Shown here: piece after piece, positions 32,457 to 44,745 of the stretch
Numbering within the stretch: position 1 is the first letter of the stretch
Layout of the letters: every line of letters begins with the position of its first letter
Source: Rhizodiscina lignyota
Lineage: Eukaryota
Reading direction: 5' to 3'
NCBI GenBank assembly: GCA_010015805.1
Contig: ML978146.1
Location: 124,001 to 168,830 of the forward strand
Length of the DNA: 44,830 nt
Notes under the pieces: generated by a model
Databases searched by the model: none
Told to the model about the DNA's origin: nothing
The model's input: only the letters and a program-made list of their open reading frames with translations
Position numbers and translations under genes: made by a program

Positions 32457-34160
32457 TCAAGTGGTCGACTGTTGTCTCTGCTGGAGGTGCTGGAGGCTGT
32501 GGGGCCGACGACAATCGCGCTGGACGAAGAAAGGCCTGCGGGTTGAACTTGAAGGATTGTTGTGAAGAGGTGGATTGTTGCTGGTCGCTCATGAACTCCT
32601 CCGAGAGTGCTGGGCTTAAGTACCTGCAGAGCCATGAGTACGAGTCTTCAGAGCCTCATCCAGACCCTCAAATGCTTGTTTAGCATCGAAAGAGCCACCA
32701 CTCACGAGCTGCAATTCACTCGGCCGGCTACTTACTAATGATCAGTTCACTTGTGTCCGGGATCTCCGGAGACGACTCTCGCACACACGGGACTTCTCAA
32801 ACGGGTTGTAGATTCATTTAAAACGTCGCGCCCTCGGGTGCTCGAAGGGAGAGCAAGAAGCTAAATAGTGGCGAGTCAGCAGCGGCCGCCGCAGGGGTGA
32901 TGGAGCGCAAACCAGAAGGGGTAAGGGTCTGATCAGTCCACAATTCCATAATACACTGAGCAGTGCTAACAATCGCATAGGCTATTAGTAATTGCTGAGT
33001 TTGATATATTCTCGGTCCTCCGATTACATTAAGCAGTTCGACGGAGAGCGAAAACCGTTGAAAGCGCGCCGGCGGCAGACCACTACCACGACTATACACC
33101 ATTATCAAACAATTTGCTGCACGAGAATTATCTCTAGCTCGATTCGGATTTCAAAGCAATGTAGACGAACCATCCATTGGACAGGCGAAGGGATGATGAA
33201 CCGTGTGGTACACGTAACGCCATACTTAGTGGCGGAGTTTTAACCTCGAACATGGCCTGACGAGACGATACGGAGTTATCAACCGTTGCAACCCTGGCTC
33301 TGGATAAAGCTGCCTCTCGTGCTGTCAGCTCCACTAAGATGCTGCATGATCTGGACGTTGAATTGATTATGGATGACAATTCAGAAGAGCATGCCAGGTT
33401 GGAGTTGAACCGACCCGAGCAGAGTTACGGCCGCAGAAATTCGGAGCGGAGAATAAAGGGAGCACGATGCTCCTCCTCGAACAAACGAAGCGGACATCGA
33501 ACACACGCAATTGCTATGAAGCAGGCCGCAGGAACTTCTCGCGCAATACAGTACAGAACCTCATTGTCTCAGTGGAGTCTCGCGCGATAACCCCTAGCGC
33601 CGCGGACTTAACCAGAATGGAGATGTGCCTAGCGGCATCCTGCTGGCCCGCTAATTGAATCAGCTAAGGATCTCTCTGTTTGATTGGGCTGCAAAAGCCT
33701 GACCGAGCCCAGATGTGCGATTAAACAAGCTTCTTCTGGACCCCTTTTCGGAGGCATGGGCGCAGGCGCATGATACATTAGGCAGATGAGACTCGGACGG
33801 ATTAATGCCGTAATCAATCGATAGTCTCAACATGTACAAGCCCAGTCACAAGCCATGCTCCTTATGCACGATGGCCTCTGAGAGCTGCTTTCTCCACAAC
33901 TCCACGACGGTCTTCCTGCAGTGACTAAGAATTAACCAATCTTTGTCTTTGCAACATCTAGAATGACCTTCCAATCGCGATCACATCGATCATACGACTT
34001 CACGTCGGCAGCCTGAGCCCGTTTTCTTGGCTCGCCTCCTTACCTCCGACACATTCCAACGGACTGTCTCCCGAGAGAAAAGTACAAAGGAATACCACGG
34101 CCTCCATGTCTAAATTCGAACAATTCAGATTTACATCAGCAGGATAAACAATCTGTCAGG

Positions 34161-35523
34161 ATGGCGGAAGAAATTCCCGAGTTTTGCAAGGCTGGAGTGG
34201 TCACCAAATATGGTCCTGACTTTGAGGTCAAGGTTGAGATGGTTCCAGTTCCAGAGCCTGGTGAGTATCGACGCCAAGATAACAGTGCCTGAACTTTGAT
34301 CAACCGTATCCAGGGCCTGAAGAACTTCTCATAAGGCTCAATGCGACCGGAATCTGCTTCACCGATCTTCACTATGCAATGGGAGATATGGCGTTTCCCA
34401 AGATGGAGGAGTTTGGCGTTCGCTCTCCTGGCCAGTGAGTCATCCCTTTAGGACGTCAGAATGTCTTTTGGGAGAGAGAAATAACAGTCTTTTTCACAGC
34501 GAAGGAGCAGGTGTCGTCGTCAAACTGGGATCAAATGTGACGGGTTGGACAATCGGTGAGCGGGCTGGAATCAAGCCGGTTTGGAATACCTGTGGAAGCT
34601 GTGAATTGTGTTTTGGAAACAAGGAAACGTACTGTCCATTTGCACAGTGGACAGGTCTCTCAAAGGCAAGTTCCAAGAGCCCTGAGAGCTTATGGCTGTT
34701 GAAGCTGACCGCGATTCCAGCCGGGTACATATCAGCAATATATTGTCTCTCCTGCACGATACACAACACGGATTCCAGAAGGTGTCAGCGATTATGTAGC
34801 TGGACCAGTGATGTGTTCTGCATCCACTGTTTACCGATCGCTTGTGGAAGCGGAACTCAGGGCTGGCGATTGGGCTTGCTTTCCTGGAGGAGGTGGTGGC
34901 GTTGGCATCCAAGGAGTTCAGTTGGCGAAGGCGATGGGTTATCGCCCCGTTGTTGTCGACTCTGGAGACGACAAACGGAAACTGTCTATGGATATGGGCG
35001 CCGAAGCCTTTGTGGACTACAAACAAGCAGAGGATGTGGCGAAAGAAGTCGTCAGGGTCTGCGATGGCGTGGGAGCGCATGCTGTCTTTGTAACTGCGGT
35101 ACAGGCATATCGGACCTCGATTAGTCTCGTTGGTACAAGAGTCGGAGCCAAAGTTATGTGCATTGGGCTGCGTGAGTATTTCCATCGTTATTTTCAAAGA
35201 ATCCTTGGTTTGGCTGACAGGTTGAATCAGCCGCCGCCAATTCAGTCACGATCAGTACCGATCCTTTCTTTGTCGTGCTCAAGAACTTTGAGCTGAAAGG
35301 CACGCTCGTCGGTTCAATGGAAGATACGTCTCGAGCATTGGATTTTGCTCGAAGGGTAAGTTGCTTTATGCTGTGGATTATGCAACAATGGAAGCTCACT
35401 CAACATCAGGGCCTCCTTCATCCGATCTACGAGCTTTTCCCAATAGACCGTCTACCTGAAGCGGTTGAGAAGCTGAGACATGGTCATGTGGCCGGTCGCT
35501 GTGTCGTGGACTTTAATGCTTAG
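34161..35523 (+). CDS. Zinc-dependent (MDR) alcohol dehydrogenase
   Basis: Exons 34161-34260, 34314-34434, 34500-34665, 34721-35171, 35231-35355, 35410-35523. Motifs GICFTDLH, GHEGAG, structural Zn CGSCELC-x7-C, PVMC, GGGGGVG and GRCVVDF. Confidence 0.92.
34666..34720 (+). other. Non-canonical GC-AG spliceosomal intron in the ADH gene
   Basis: AAG|GCAAGT donor, GCTGAC branch point, CCAG acceptor. Removing this 55 nt joins TGLSK to PGTYQQY in frame. Confidence 0.85.
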
Positions 35524-36271
35524 GGAAATGGGTGGGCCGCTGAGCGGAGTCGACTGAGCAGACCGCACAATAAGTGAGCACTTTTAAACGCCAACAACAC
35601 CTGAATCCTCCTCAAGATGACTCGAACGCAACCGAACCAAGAACGACATGTAGCATCTATGCATAGAGTAGTTGTTAATCAATGACACGACTTGACTGAC
35701 TCATTTCGAATTTGATGACATTCAAATCGAAAATGCGGGGACGAGAGTTGGCCCAACGATCGGTTCGAGTTTGAGATAATGTTCTATCAATATCTCCCAA
35801 CGGCAATTAAGTGTCTGAAGAAGAAAGTAAGTGCGCGAGCGCCTCAGCTTTCGGGTGAGGTGGAAATAGACGTAAATTACATAAGCCAGAGGACATAGCA
35901 GTTCGCGCTAGGAGCTAACGCTAGGAGATAACTGGATACGCTGCATCGCTGAATGGTCGGCGGAGATTGAAATGGTCGTCCACCTTTGCCTATCATATCT
36001 CAAGCTCGGATCCTTGTAATCAGTAGTAAGCGTCTCTTCTCTTCAACCTTTTCTAAACAATTTCAACAAACTGCGCTCAACGATTCTCTGCGATGGGACA
36101 TTCAGCGGCGTCTCCAAAACAGCTTAGTGTCCTTTTCGCCGACCAGGATGGCCGCCAAGGCTCGGCGACGTTGGCGCAATCTTCGCGTGGGCGTATCTGC
36201 ATCATCATCCCTCGTTTCTGCGCGTGAGGACATGTGCATTCCGCTGCTTGGTAATGTGATACCAATTCGAA

Positions 36272-38689
36272 ATGCCGACGACCGTATCTTCGCAAGAAGG
36301 AGACTCTGCTACTGCGGAACCCAGGCGGAAGCGATGCAGGATTACTTTCAGCTGTACCAACTGCCGCCGGAGCAAGCAGCGAGTTCGTGCGACCAGCGGC
36401 CAGCTTGTCTTTCCGTGACATCTGTAGAGCTGACCCATCTCAGTGTGATCGAGAGAACCCGTGCCGAACCTGCGTGATCCGCGGAAAGCAGGACACCTGC
36501 CAGTATGAGGAGGGCATTTTCGAGTAAGCGCCTGTCAAACCCTGCGGAATTGCATTTTGGACCCAAGTTGAACGACATAGTGCTAGGGACAATCGTGTAT
36601 CACCTGTGCTCCTGCCTTCTCAGGAGAAGCGCCAACGTGACAGCCCACATTCCTCGTCTCATCATAAGGACCTGTCCTCTTTCGGATATTCCAATCTATA
36701 TGACCACAATGCTCTCGGAATACTAAAGAAGCTGCAGCGATTTGACGTAGGCACGAATGTCTCTTCGCTCGGATCTGAGGAGTCGGGAGTATTCTTGCCG
36801 GAACGGTATCGAGATGAATACAAGGCCGTTCTCCAACGGCTCCCTTGCCAGCAGTGCACCCAAGCGTTGGTGGCTATTTTCTTTAAGGAATTCAACTGGA
36901 ATTACAGGTATACTCCACTGATGCAATCGAATTTTGAAGAAGTGCTGATGTTCTTCAACAATGGCAGCCTGTTAGATGACGCTTTCTTTGATGACGAGCT
37001 TCGACGCTTTTACGACCGCACCGTTGGCAGTGCTCTGCAACGTCTCGACGTTGGGAATCTAGTATTTCCTACTCTGCTGTTTCAAGTTATTGCCCTCGCA
37101 TTGCAGTTTATGCCCTCGGAGCATGAACGGTGCCTTGACGAGCATGGCTGCATTGACGCCTCGCGCTCAGATGGCGGCAAATTCTTCAGTGGACTTGGTG
37201 CACGACTCTGGACTCTATTTGAGAAGAATGCCACTTGTTTTTTGTCCGTACAAGCGTCATTTCTGAGAGTCTGCTGGCTGAAGAACAGTGGTCGTGTCGT
37301 TGAGTCCTGGCATGGCCTTGCCCAGGTTGCCATGGATGCGCAGGATATTGGACTGCACCGAGAAGATGGAAGGATTGAAGCCACAGATGCGGAGACTGCT
37401 GTTGCTCGGTCATGGGAAGTCGTTTTGCGACGACGGCTGATAGTCAATCTGTTTCTGTGGGAAACGTACGACCACCTCTCTCTCAGAACATGTCCGAGAG
37501 TTTACTGACATTTCACAGTCAGATGGCGATGATCCTTGGCAAGTCCATAAACCTTTCACTTGGTGACTTCCATATCATCCCTCCTGTAGACACTGCGATT
37601 CCCAAAAATCGGACGACGTCACTTCCATTTGCTCGGAGGGACTTGGAGAAGCCGAATTCGTTCACCGCGCGACTTTTGGAATACCGCCTTCAGGTTCACC
37701 TGCCGCGGATTATCGCACTCGAAGCTGACGGGCCGTTTCCGAAGGACTACACGAAGGTTGAGAAGCTTCATCAGGAGGCGTTGGACTATATCGATTCACT
37801 TCCACCGATATACCGGTTCGAGAATCCAGATACGTCATTTGATGCTGAATGTCAGTGGCTTCCTGCGCAACGAGAGTTTCTCTGCACAGTCACTTGGCTT
37901 TTCGTCCTTCTTCTCCACCGGCCATATATTTTCTCCATTGCCAGAAGCCGCACGGAAATAGTCAAAGCCAGCATCGAAATGCTCTCTGCTCAGCAGCGAA
38001 TCCTCTATCGCTTGCGCCCGAACCAATACAGGTTCTTCATTCTCTCCTTCATCAGCGTGGAAGCCTCTATCTCCCTGTTGGCAGTGTTCATTGCATATCC
38101 TAGTGAGAATAAGGCACTCCTGTCGGAGGCTTTCCGCTGTGTGAAGGAGACTTATTTCCGACTGAACGTCGTCATGCGAGATTTGAACGGCTTCGCTCGT
38201 CCCGGCGCCGATGTCATTCGGACTCTTTTCGCGCGGGCTGAGAAGATTCATGGCGTCGTGTCAGGGAATGACAGTCAAGCGGCTGGCACTCTGCATGCCA
38301 AGCCGACATCTTTCTCCGACACTGTGCCTGCTTCTGTGGTGCTTGATAATGACCGAAGCGGACCTCGGGTGAATCCAAACGATCATTCAGCTGCCAGCGT
38401 ACCTTCGAATTTGCAGTCCACGCCATATGACGCTCCATCGGCGCCAATTGATACTTTCGAGGACGTGGATTACGGCTTTTTGGCGATGCCTCTACATCCG
38501 TCAGCGGACCTTATGTACAATAATCTTGCGCCGGTTCAAAGTGGTGAACCTAGCACAGCACACAGCACTTTTCACCAGCCGTCAGTGGAGGACGACATTG
38601 ATGCAACGGATCATACTGAAATTCCTCAACAGTTTACTGGGTCATTTGGGGAGCACTCGTTCTGGAACTTTGTCAACGAAGGCTTGTAA
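36272..38689 (+). CDS. Zn(II)2Cys6 transcription factor with fungal-specific TF middle domain
   Basis: Exons 36272-36382, 36444-36523, about 36581(or 36587)-36907, 36968-37465, 37519-38689. The spliced cluster reads CTNCRRSKQRCDRENPCRTCVIRGKQDTC. Middle-domain motifs AQDIGLHRE, RRRLIVNLFLWE and LLLHRPY. Confidence 0.9.
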
Positions 38690-39170
38690 GGCTCGTTATG
38701 TGAAAGGCTACACTTTTAAAACGAAGTTTGCTATCAGGGCGCCTACCGTTTCAGTGTTTCACTTTGTGGTGTTGTGGAAATGTATACACAATGGTAGAGG
38801 CGGTACCTCAAGCCAACACTCCCCAACACAGATTTACGGCCTTTGCTCGCTGGCTTTATCTTTCTTTCTGCAAGACTCTGGATATATCCTCACCACTAAC
38901 GAGTGAATCGCTAGCCGTACACTTTACGCATATCGGCTTCATTGCTCTCTCCAAGCTACTCCTCGTAACAGTATCCGCTGTTAGCCAGAGCGAATCGCGT
39001 ATACAAGCATTTCCTCTTTCCAAATACACCAACGGAATCCGTCGCAAGACACACTCTACTCTTACAACAACGTCTGATCGAACATTTCCTTCTTACCTTC
39101 CTTGGCAACTCAGACATCCATCCTCTGATATACAACATTCGGCATTCGTGTCGCTCTTCGAATAAGCAAG

Positions 39171-40142
39171 ATGGAACGATCAGGAAATCCGTCAACCCAG
39201 CCAGGACGTGGCCAGGCATCGGCTCAGCGGAATAGTCTTCATGGTTCTGTGTATTCTCGCTCCTCGCCTCCTCTCGAGCAGGCCCAGTTCCATAGCCATA
39301 CTCAGCCTCGCGCATCTCTCTCACAGCTGCCTCAGTTCCATAGCCATACTTTGCCTCGCGCAATTCTCTCACAACAGCACGATCATCCTGGTCATGCTCC
39401 GGCCTCCGAGCCTCCTTTTAAGCAGAACAACCTCTTTCATGGTCATACTCTGCCCCCCTCGGCCACCACCGGAGAGACTGCTGCGTATCACTCCACGACT
39501 CCACCATCTTCTCCATCTACAAATAGAATGAAGGACACTTTCGGTGATGCTGTGTCCATCAACCGCACTCCTTACCACGCACCTGGGCCTCGTCCGCAGC
39601 CGAATGTCTTTCGTCATCCTTCTGCTGCTTCTGCTCCCATCAGGCCTCAGCCATCAATTCAGGCTCCCTCGTATCCGGTCGCTCCATCTCACACTACCAT
39701 CAGTCACGCATTATATCAGCGTCCGGCCCAGAATTCCGCTCAGTATCCGTCCAAGTATCCGGCCCAGCATCGGGCTGAGCATGCTCGAACTCCATCTACT
39801 TTTCGTCCACGCCAACATTATAGCAACCCTCAGCCCGCACCTCTCGCTGTGGCCAACCCTCCATTCTCCGCATACCAAATCCCCCCGACTTCCGGTAGTC
39901 GTCTTCCGTTTGAAATGACCCACCCATACGAGCCAGGTTTTACACTCATTCCGGTACCAGAAGGACCACCAGAGTGCATCCTTCAGGTTGAGGGTGAGGG
40001 AGAAGAGAATTTTGTCTGGCATTGTTGGACGATTGGCGACTATACCTTCCGTGAGAAGCGGTTCAAGCGTGGCAAGCATTCTGGATCCCCTGGTTCCAAC
40101 GGCAAGAAGGCTGGCGAAGTCAAGATCGAGTATCATCGTTAG
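39171..40142 (+). CDS. Hypothetical Pro/Ser/His/Gln-rich protein with internal tandem repeats
   Basis: 323 aa open frame, low complexity, with in-frame 48-bp and 12-bp repeats; no recognisable domain. Confidence 0.55.
   Translation: MERSGNPSTQPGRGQASAQRNSLHGSVYSRSSPPLEQAQFHSHTQPRASLSQLPQFHSHTLPRAILSQQHDHPGHAPASEPPFKQNNLFHGHTLPPSATTGETAAYHSTTPPSSPSTNRMKDTFGDAVSINRTPYHAPGPRPQPNVFRHPSAASAPIRPQPSIQAPSYPVAPSHTTISHALYQRPAQNSAQYPSKYPAQHRAEHARTPSTFRPRQHYSNPQPAPLAVANPPFSAYQIPPTSGSRLPFEMTHPYEPGFTLIPVPEGPPECILQVEGEGEENFVWHCWTIGDYTFREKRFKRGKHSGSPGSNGKKAGEVKIEYHR
39285..39380 (+). repeat. 48-bp tandem duplication (QFHSHTQPRASLSQLP / QFHSHTLPRAILSQQH)
   Basis: CAGTTCCATAGCCATACT is repeated exactly at 39285 and 39333, each followed by GCCTCGCGCA...CTCTCACA. 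Confidence 0.9.
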
Positions 40143-40840
40143 CCGATCGAATATTTATCGGACTTCTTTTCACGGCAGGCTCTGAAATCACCTTTTCCAT
40201 GATCACACTCTTTTATCATGCTTCTGACGATTTTGAATTTCTCATTACTATCGTGACCCTGCGACTGTGAGCTGACAACCTTCTCACTTCTCTCACAACG
40301 GTGAAAGAAGTTCAAGGAATTTGACTACTCATCATTGCAAAGGCCTTCAATTTCTCATGACAGTTGTGACTGATTTCTGGGAGTCTCATCTGCTTCGGCG
40401 ACTTTATTACTTTCGCGTCCACATGGACACAGCGGAGTTGCACAAATCGCAGGTTGTATTTGAATTTTGAAAGTATGTATCAAAAGAAGGTGAATACTTC
40501 GTGAGAGCTATTCTCACATCTCCTCATTACGCTTGGCGTTGAGGAGATTCCATGATTCAGAGGCAGCCAAGCATCGTAAAGAAGCCATATTACTCGCAAG
40601 ACATCGACGACGCGGTATCGCCACGACTTGTAAGATCCATGAACACTTAAAAAGTAACAGCCATTCCTAATATGCCCATGACGTGTTCTCCGCCACACTA
40701 TTACCGCCTTTTGGTCCCATACCCATGACGCTTTCCTAGCCACATCACAACGATCTCCTTGTCCAGTCTCAAGTCCCATGAAGCCCTTCGTGCCATGCCA
40801 TGAAATTCTTGTTGGTCTCATGGTTATGCGGTCTCGTGAA

Positions 40841-41713
40841 TCATTTGCTGCCCCCGTGAAGCTTTTCGAGAGAGCTTTCCTCCTGGCGGAAGTATATCCA
40901 CATGGTCTGCAGAGTGAACATTGCCAACGACCATGCTTCGTCTCGCTTATCAATGTTCTTTAGTGACGCATCAGGATACATTTGCTTTCCGACTCTACAG
41001 CTTCTCTTTGGAAATAGAAATCCTCTCGCGACAGCTGCCAATCCTTGAATATCCTTATCCAACGCCATACCTGCCTTTTCAACAAGTTGCTCAGTCATAC
41101 CCAAGCTTGCTGTCACCCCAGGAGCAGGGATAGGGCTGGTAAGGTCCTGCAACAAGCGAGAAATGTTGTGTCCGACATATAGTAGGGGATCTCTGTCTGG
41201 TAGGATCGACGCTAACAGCGGTTTCTTGATAATGCACGGAGTGAATAGAAAGGTCTTTGTTGTAATGTAATCGACCGCTTTAGGTGCATCTAGTACTTCA
41301 ATGTCAAAGATTGAGAGGAAAGCTGTGTCTACACGATTGAACCGCGGGTCTTGGGCGAGTAGTTTGATGTGTTCGGCCCCGTGACTCAACCTGTAAAGTA
41401 ATTCGACGACATCAAGGAAGAAGATTAATTGAAGCATAGAACTGGTCCATTTGTAATCATTTTCAACATGGAATGATCCGAGCGCCATGCAAATAGCTGA
41501 GTCGACGTGGTGGTGATCGTCTTCGTTGCATGTTGTGAACAATGGCCCGAGGTCTTTTTCGAGAACCGAGAGAATGATTTCGCGGAAAGGGGATTTCTGC
41601 CACTTGATTCGCGCATTAGTGAAGAGGCAGCAGAGCTCATCCACTTCTTTTTGGATTGTGGCTTCGTCTTTATTGTCGCAAGAGTATCTGCGGGATAGAT
41701 TTGGAGTGGACAT
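40841..41713 (-). CDS. SRR1-domain protein
   Basis: SAICMALGSF...SSMLQLIFFLDVVELL...IKLLAQDPRFNRVDTAFLSIFDIEVL...TFLFTPC matches the SRR1 domain pattern. Start placed at ATG 41713, uncertain. Confidence 0.7.
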   Translation of the reverse strand: MSTPNLSRRYSCDNKDEATIQKEVDELCCLFTNARIKWQKSPFREIILSVLEKDLGPLFTTCNEDDHHHVDSAICMALGSFHVENDYKWTSSMLQLIFFLDVVELLYRLSHGAEHIKLLAQDPRFNRVDTAFLSIFDIEVLDAPKAVDYITTKTFLFTPCIIKKPLLASILPDRDPLLYVGHNISRLLQDLTSPIPAPGVTASLGMTEQLVEKAGMALDKDIQGLAAVARGFLFPKRSCRVGKQMYPDASLKNIDKRDEAWSLAMFTLQTMWIYFRQEESSLEKLHGGSK

Positions 41714-42645
41714 GCTGTCTGTGGTCTCGCATTTTAGGGAAAACGGTGCATAAAAAACTTGGAGCGTTCCTTCCTCTTCGAGAGTAACGCTTGTTGAAGA
41801 AGTTTCTGTGACTATGAACTTGTGAAGAATGTTCTGATGTAACACAGTGTTGCAAAGTTTTGATCACCTCGTGGATCACATCGTGCTCGTTACCGCTATC
41901 TCAGTTTCACCGAATATAGTGAATGTATCTATGAATATGGAAACGCGCAAAGCGGAGGCGATGTGGACTTGTTCCCCATTGCACTTTAGTGTCTAGCACA
42001 TCAGCTCAAAAAAATGTGTGAGTTGGAAGGGAATCACTTGTTGCGGTGCAAAATTGTATGCTGCTAGCGGGGCAGAAGAGTACGTGTCAACGTAACATAC
42101 TTGTTCGGCTCATTGTTGCGATTTCTCGAGTCATGCCCAAAATATCAATATTAGGGGGAAAGGAGGAGGGGCAATTATAAATCGCGCGAGGCTGAAAGAA
42201 GAATACTAGAATGAAGGAAATGATCACAGCCTGCACAGTGAATAATACTGTCTTGTTGCAAAGCTGGGCTGGTCGCAATTCGAAGCCGGCCTTTTTGGAA
42301 GCCGGGCCAGCCACGGAGTTCTTCCCGAGTTCCGACCAGCTGTTGTAAAGATGTAATATGCCCTGCTTATGATTTCCATGTATGATCCACAACAGTGTGG
42401 ATAATCGCATGAGAATGGCTTCTTTAGGCACGACGTTTGAAGAAGGCGGGTCCCTGGCGGCCGCCGGAGCTTCGGAGGAGTCATCTCACGTAACTTGCCG
42501 ACTGATATCCGTCCGAACCAATTACAGCGAACGTAATATGGCCTTACAGTTTGACTGATTAACATATCTGTGCTTTGGTATCTGTACGTGATGTAGAAGA
42601 TGATGACGCAAGCTCTTCTTCAACTTGTACCTCTACCGAAGAATC

Positions 42646-44532
42646 ATGAGTAGCAAAGACTCGCGCTCATGGTCCTTTCTCCGTCTTCCTCAACGGCTGC
42701 TGCGGACAGGCGACGATGCTGGGGAGTATGCAAGACTACCACAAGAACACAACGGCCAGAGAGCTGTACCTCTCTCTGATGTTGCGAAAGAAGGACCCTC
42801 AGCGGCTGATCACGAAGACTTGCATGCTGAGAATGCCACATCGTCGAGCAAGACGTTTGAAGCTGACCCCGTTGAATCTCGAGCCGTCCTCAAAAAGATT
42901 GATATTGTGTAAGTTTCCAGCTACGGAGATTTGTCCTTGGTCTTATGAAACTCAGATTGATGCCATTGTTGACCTTTTGCTATTTGCTACAATTTCTGGA
43001 CAAGCAATCACTGAGCTATGCGACGCTTCTGGGGCTCATCGAAGACACGGTACTTATCGTGCGAATCTCAACGGAGATGTTCAACTGACATTCTCTTCCA
43101 GAATCTGCAAGGAAACGAATACTCATGGGTTGCGTCGGTTTTCTACTTTGGCTATCTCCTCTGGGAGGGACCAACATCGTACTTGATGGTACGATTTCCG
43201 CTTGGGAAATATCTGTCATGGAGCGTGTATGTGCCCTCTCCGTCTCGACCTTTTAATCCTGTTTTGCTCAGCTGACTGAGATATCTTGCAGGCTTATTTG
43301 GGGCACCGTACTAATGTTTCACGGAGCATGCAACTCGTTCACTGGACTGATGATAACCCGCTTCTTCCTCGGCGTCGCAGAAGCGTCAGTGGCTCCTGGC
43401 TTTTCGCTCATGATGGGCATCTTCTACAAGCGGTCGGAGCAACCTTTTCGACATGGTCTCTGGTTCTGTGGGAATTCGCTTGCGCATTTCGTCGGGAGCA
43501 TCCTCGGCTTCATCATCGGCAATACCAATGCTGGAATTGCGCCATGGCGTCTGCTGTTCATTATATTCGGAGCGATCACTGTGTTCTGGGCTGTGATAAT
43601 GCTGCTACTCCTCCCAGATAGCCCGTCGGACGCGAAATTCCTTTCCGCGAGAGACAAACAGGTCGCAATTGCTCGAGTTGCGGAGAACAACACTGGCATC
43701 CGGAGCCATCAGTTCAAACCGGAGCAAGTGATGGAAGCCTTGAGAGATCCCAACGTTTGGCTGCTGACTCTCTACAACTTTTGCATCAATCTTCCGAACG
43801 GGGGCCTGACTTCGGTTTGCGCTCTTGCAACGATGCATAAGAACAGTGCTGACACTTGACGAACAGTTTGGATCACTCGTGATCAAAGGCTTTGGCTACG
43901 GCCGTCTTCGCTCTCTACTTCTCCAGATGCCCAGCGGGTTTATTCAACTTGGAATTGTCATTCTGGTCACCATTCTCCCTTCAAAAATACGCAATATTCG
44001 TACGCTCTTGATGTTTGTCGCTGTCATGATCAGCAATCTCGGCATCGCCATAGTCTACTTTGTGGACCCGGCATACAAACACGTAAGACTGGCGGGTTAC
44101 TACCTCTGTGTCTCATACGGAGCACAATTTCCGCTCGGATTGTCGTTGGTATCTTCGAATGTTGGTGGATTCACAAAGAAAGCTACTGTCACGGGTCTGA
44201 TGTTCGTGTCATACTGCGTGGGGAACATTGTCGGGCCTCAATTCTACTTCCCATCTGAGGCACCGCGATACACGGTATGTCGGATGAACGAGAATTAGGC
44301 GTATTGAATACTGATCGAGCTCTCGCAGACTGGAATCGCATCGGCTCTTACTGGATTCAGTGTTTCATGCTTGCTTCTGATCGTACTTCGAATACATCTA
44401 ATTCGGGAGAATAAGCGAAGAGATCGAGCTATAAACGCGGACACAGTAGATGTAGAGGTAGAAGAAGGATTAGATTCAAGGATTAGCGACCTGACTGACT
44501 GGCAACGGCCGAGTTTTCGATATGTCTATTAA
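42646..44532 (+). CDS. MFS transporter, anion:cation symporter (Dal5 allantoate permease-like) family
   Basis: Exons 42646-42908, 42956-43049, 43102-43226, 43292-43814, 43867-44274, 44329-44532. Motifs LQFLDKQSLSYA, YSWVASVFYFGYL, RFFLGVAEA, FYKRSEQPFR, LPDSPSDAKFL, SNVGGFTKK, GNIVGPQ, RENKRRD and DLTDWQRPSFRYVY. Confidence 0.92.
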
Positions 44533-44565
44533 GTAGTTTATTTAGTCTATAGTCCCTATGCCTAC

Positions 44566-44745
44566 ACGCGTTGCTTACTCAAGCATTCTACTCTGGAACG
44601 CGTCGCCTTCCCGCAACTTGCCCCATTTCACCCCCTTGTTGACACCTAGGAACGCGTCGCCTTCCCAATTTCACCCGCCTGCCCCCCATGTTACGCGCAC
44701 GGATCGCGTCGCGATTCACTGCCCTCTGGGAACCCGTCGCGAATC
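44566..44745. repeat. Direct repeat cluster containing ACGCGT (MCB-like) boxes
   Basis: GGAACGCGTCGCCTTCCC is exact at 44595-44612 and 44649-44666; a further ACGCGT at 44566; degenerate copies GGATCGCGTCGCGA at 44701 and GGAACCCGTCGCGA at 44729. Confidence 0.75.

Noticed and set aside
44595..44666. CRISPR-like repeat-spacer-repeat (18 bp repeat, 36 bp spacer)
   Set aside because: Eukaryotic context, only two exact short copies, and no cas genes.
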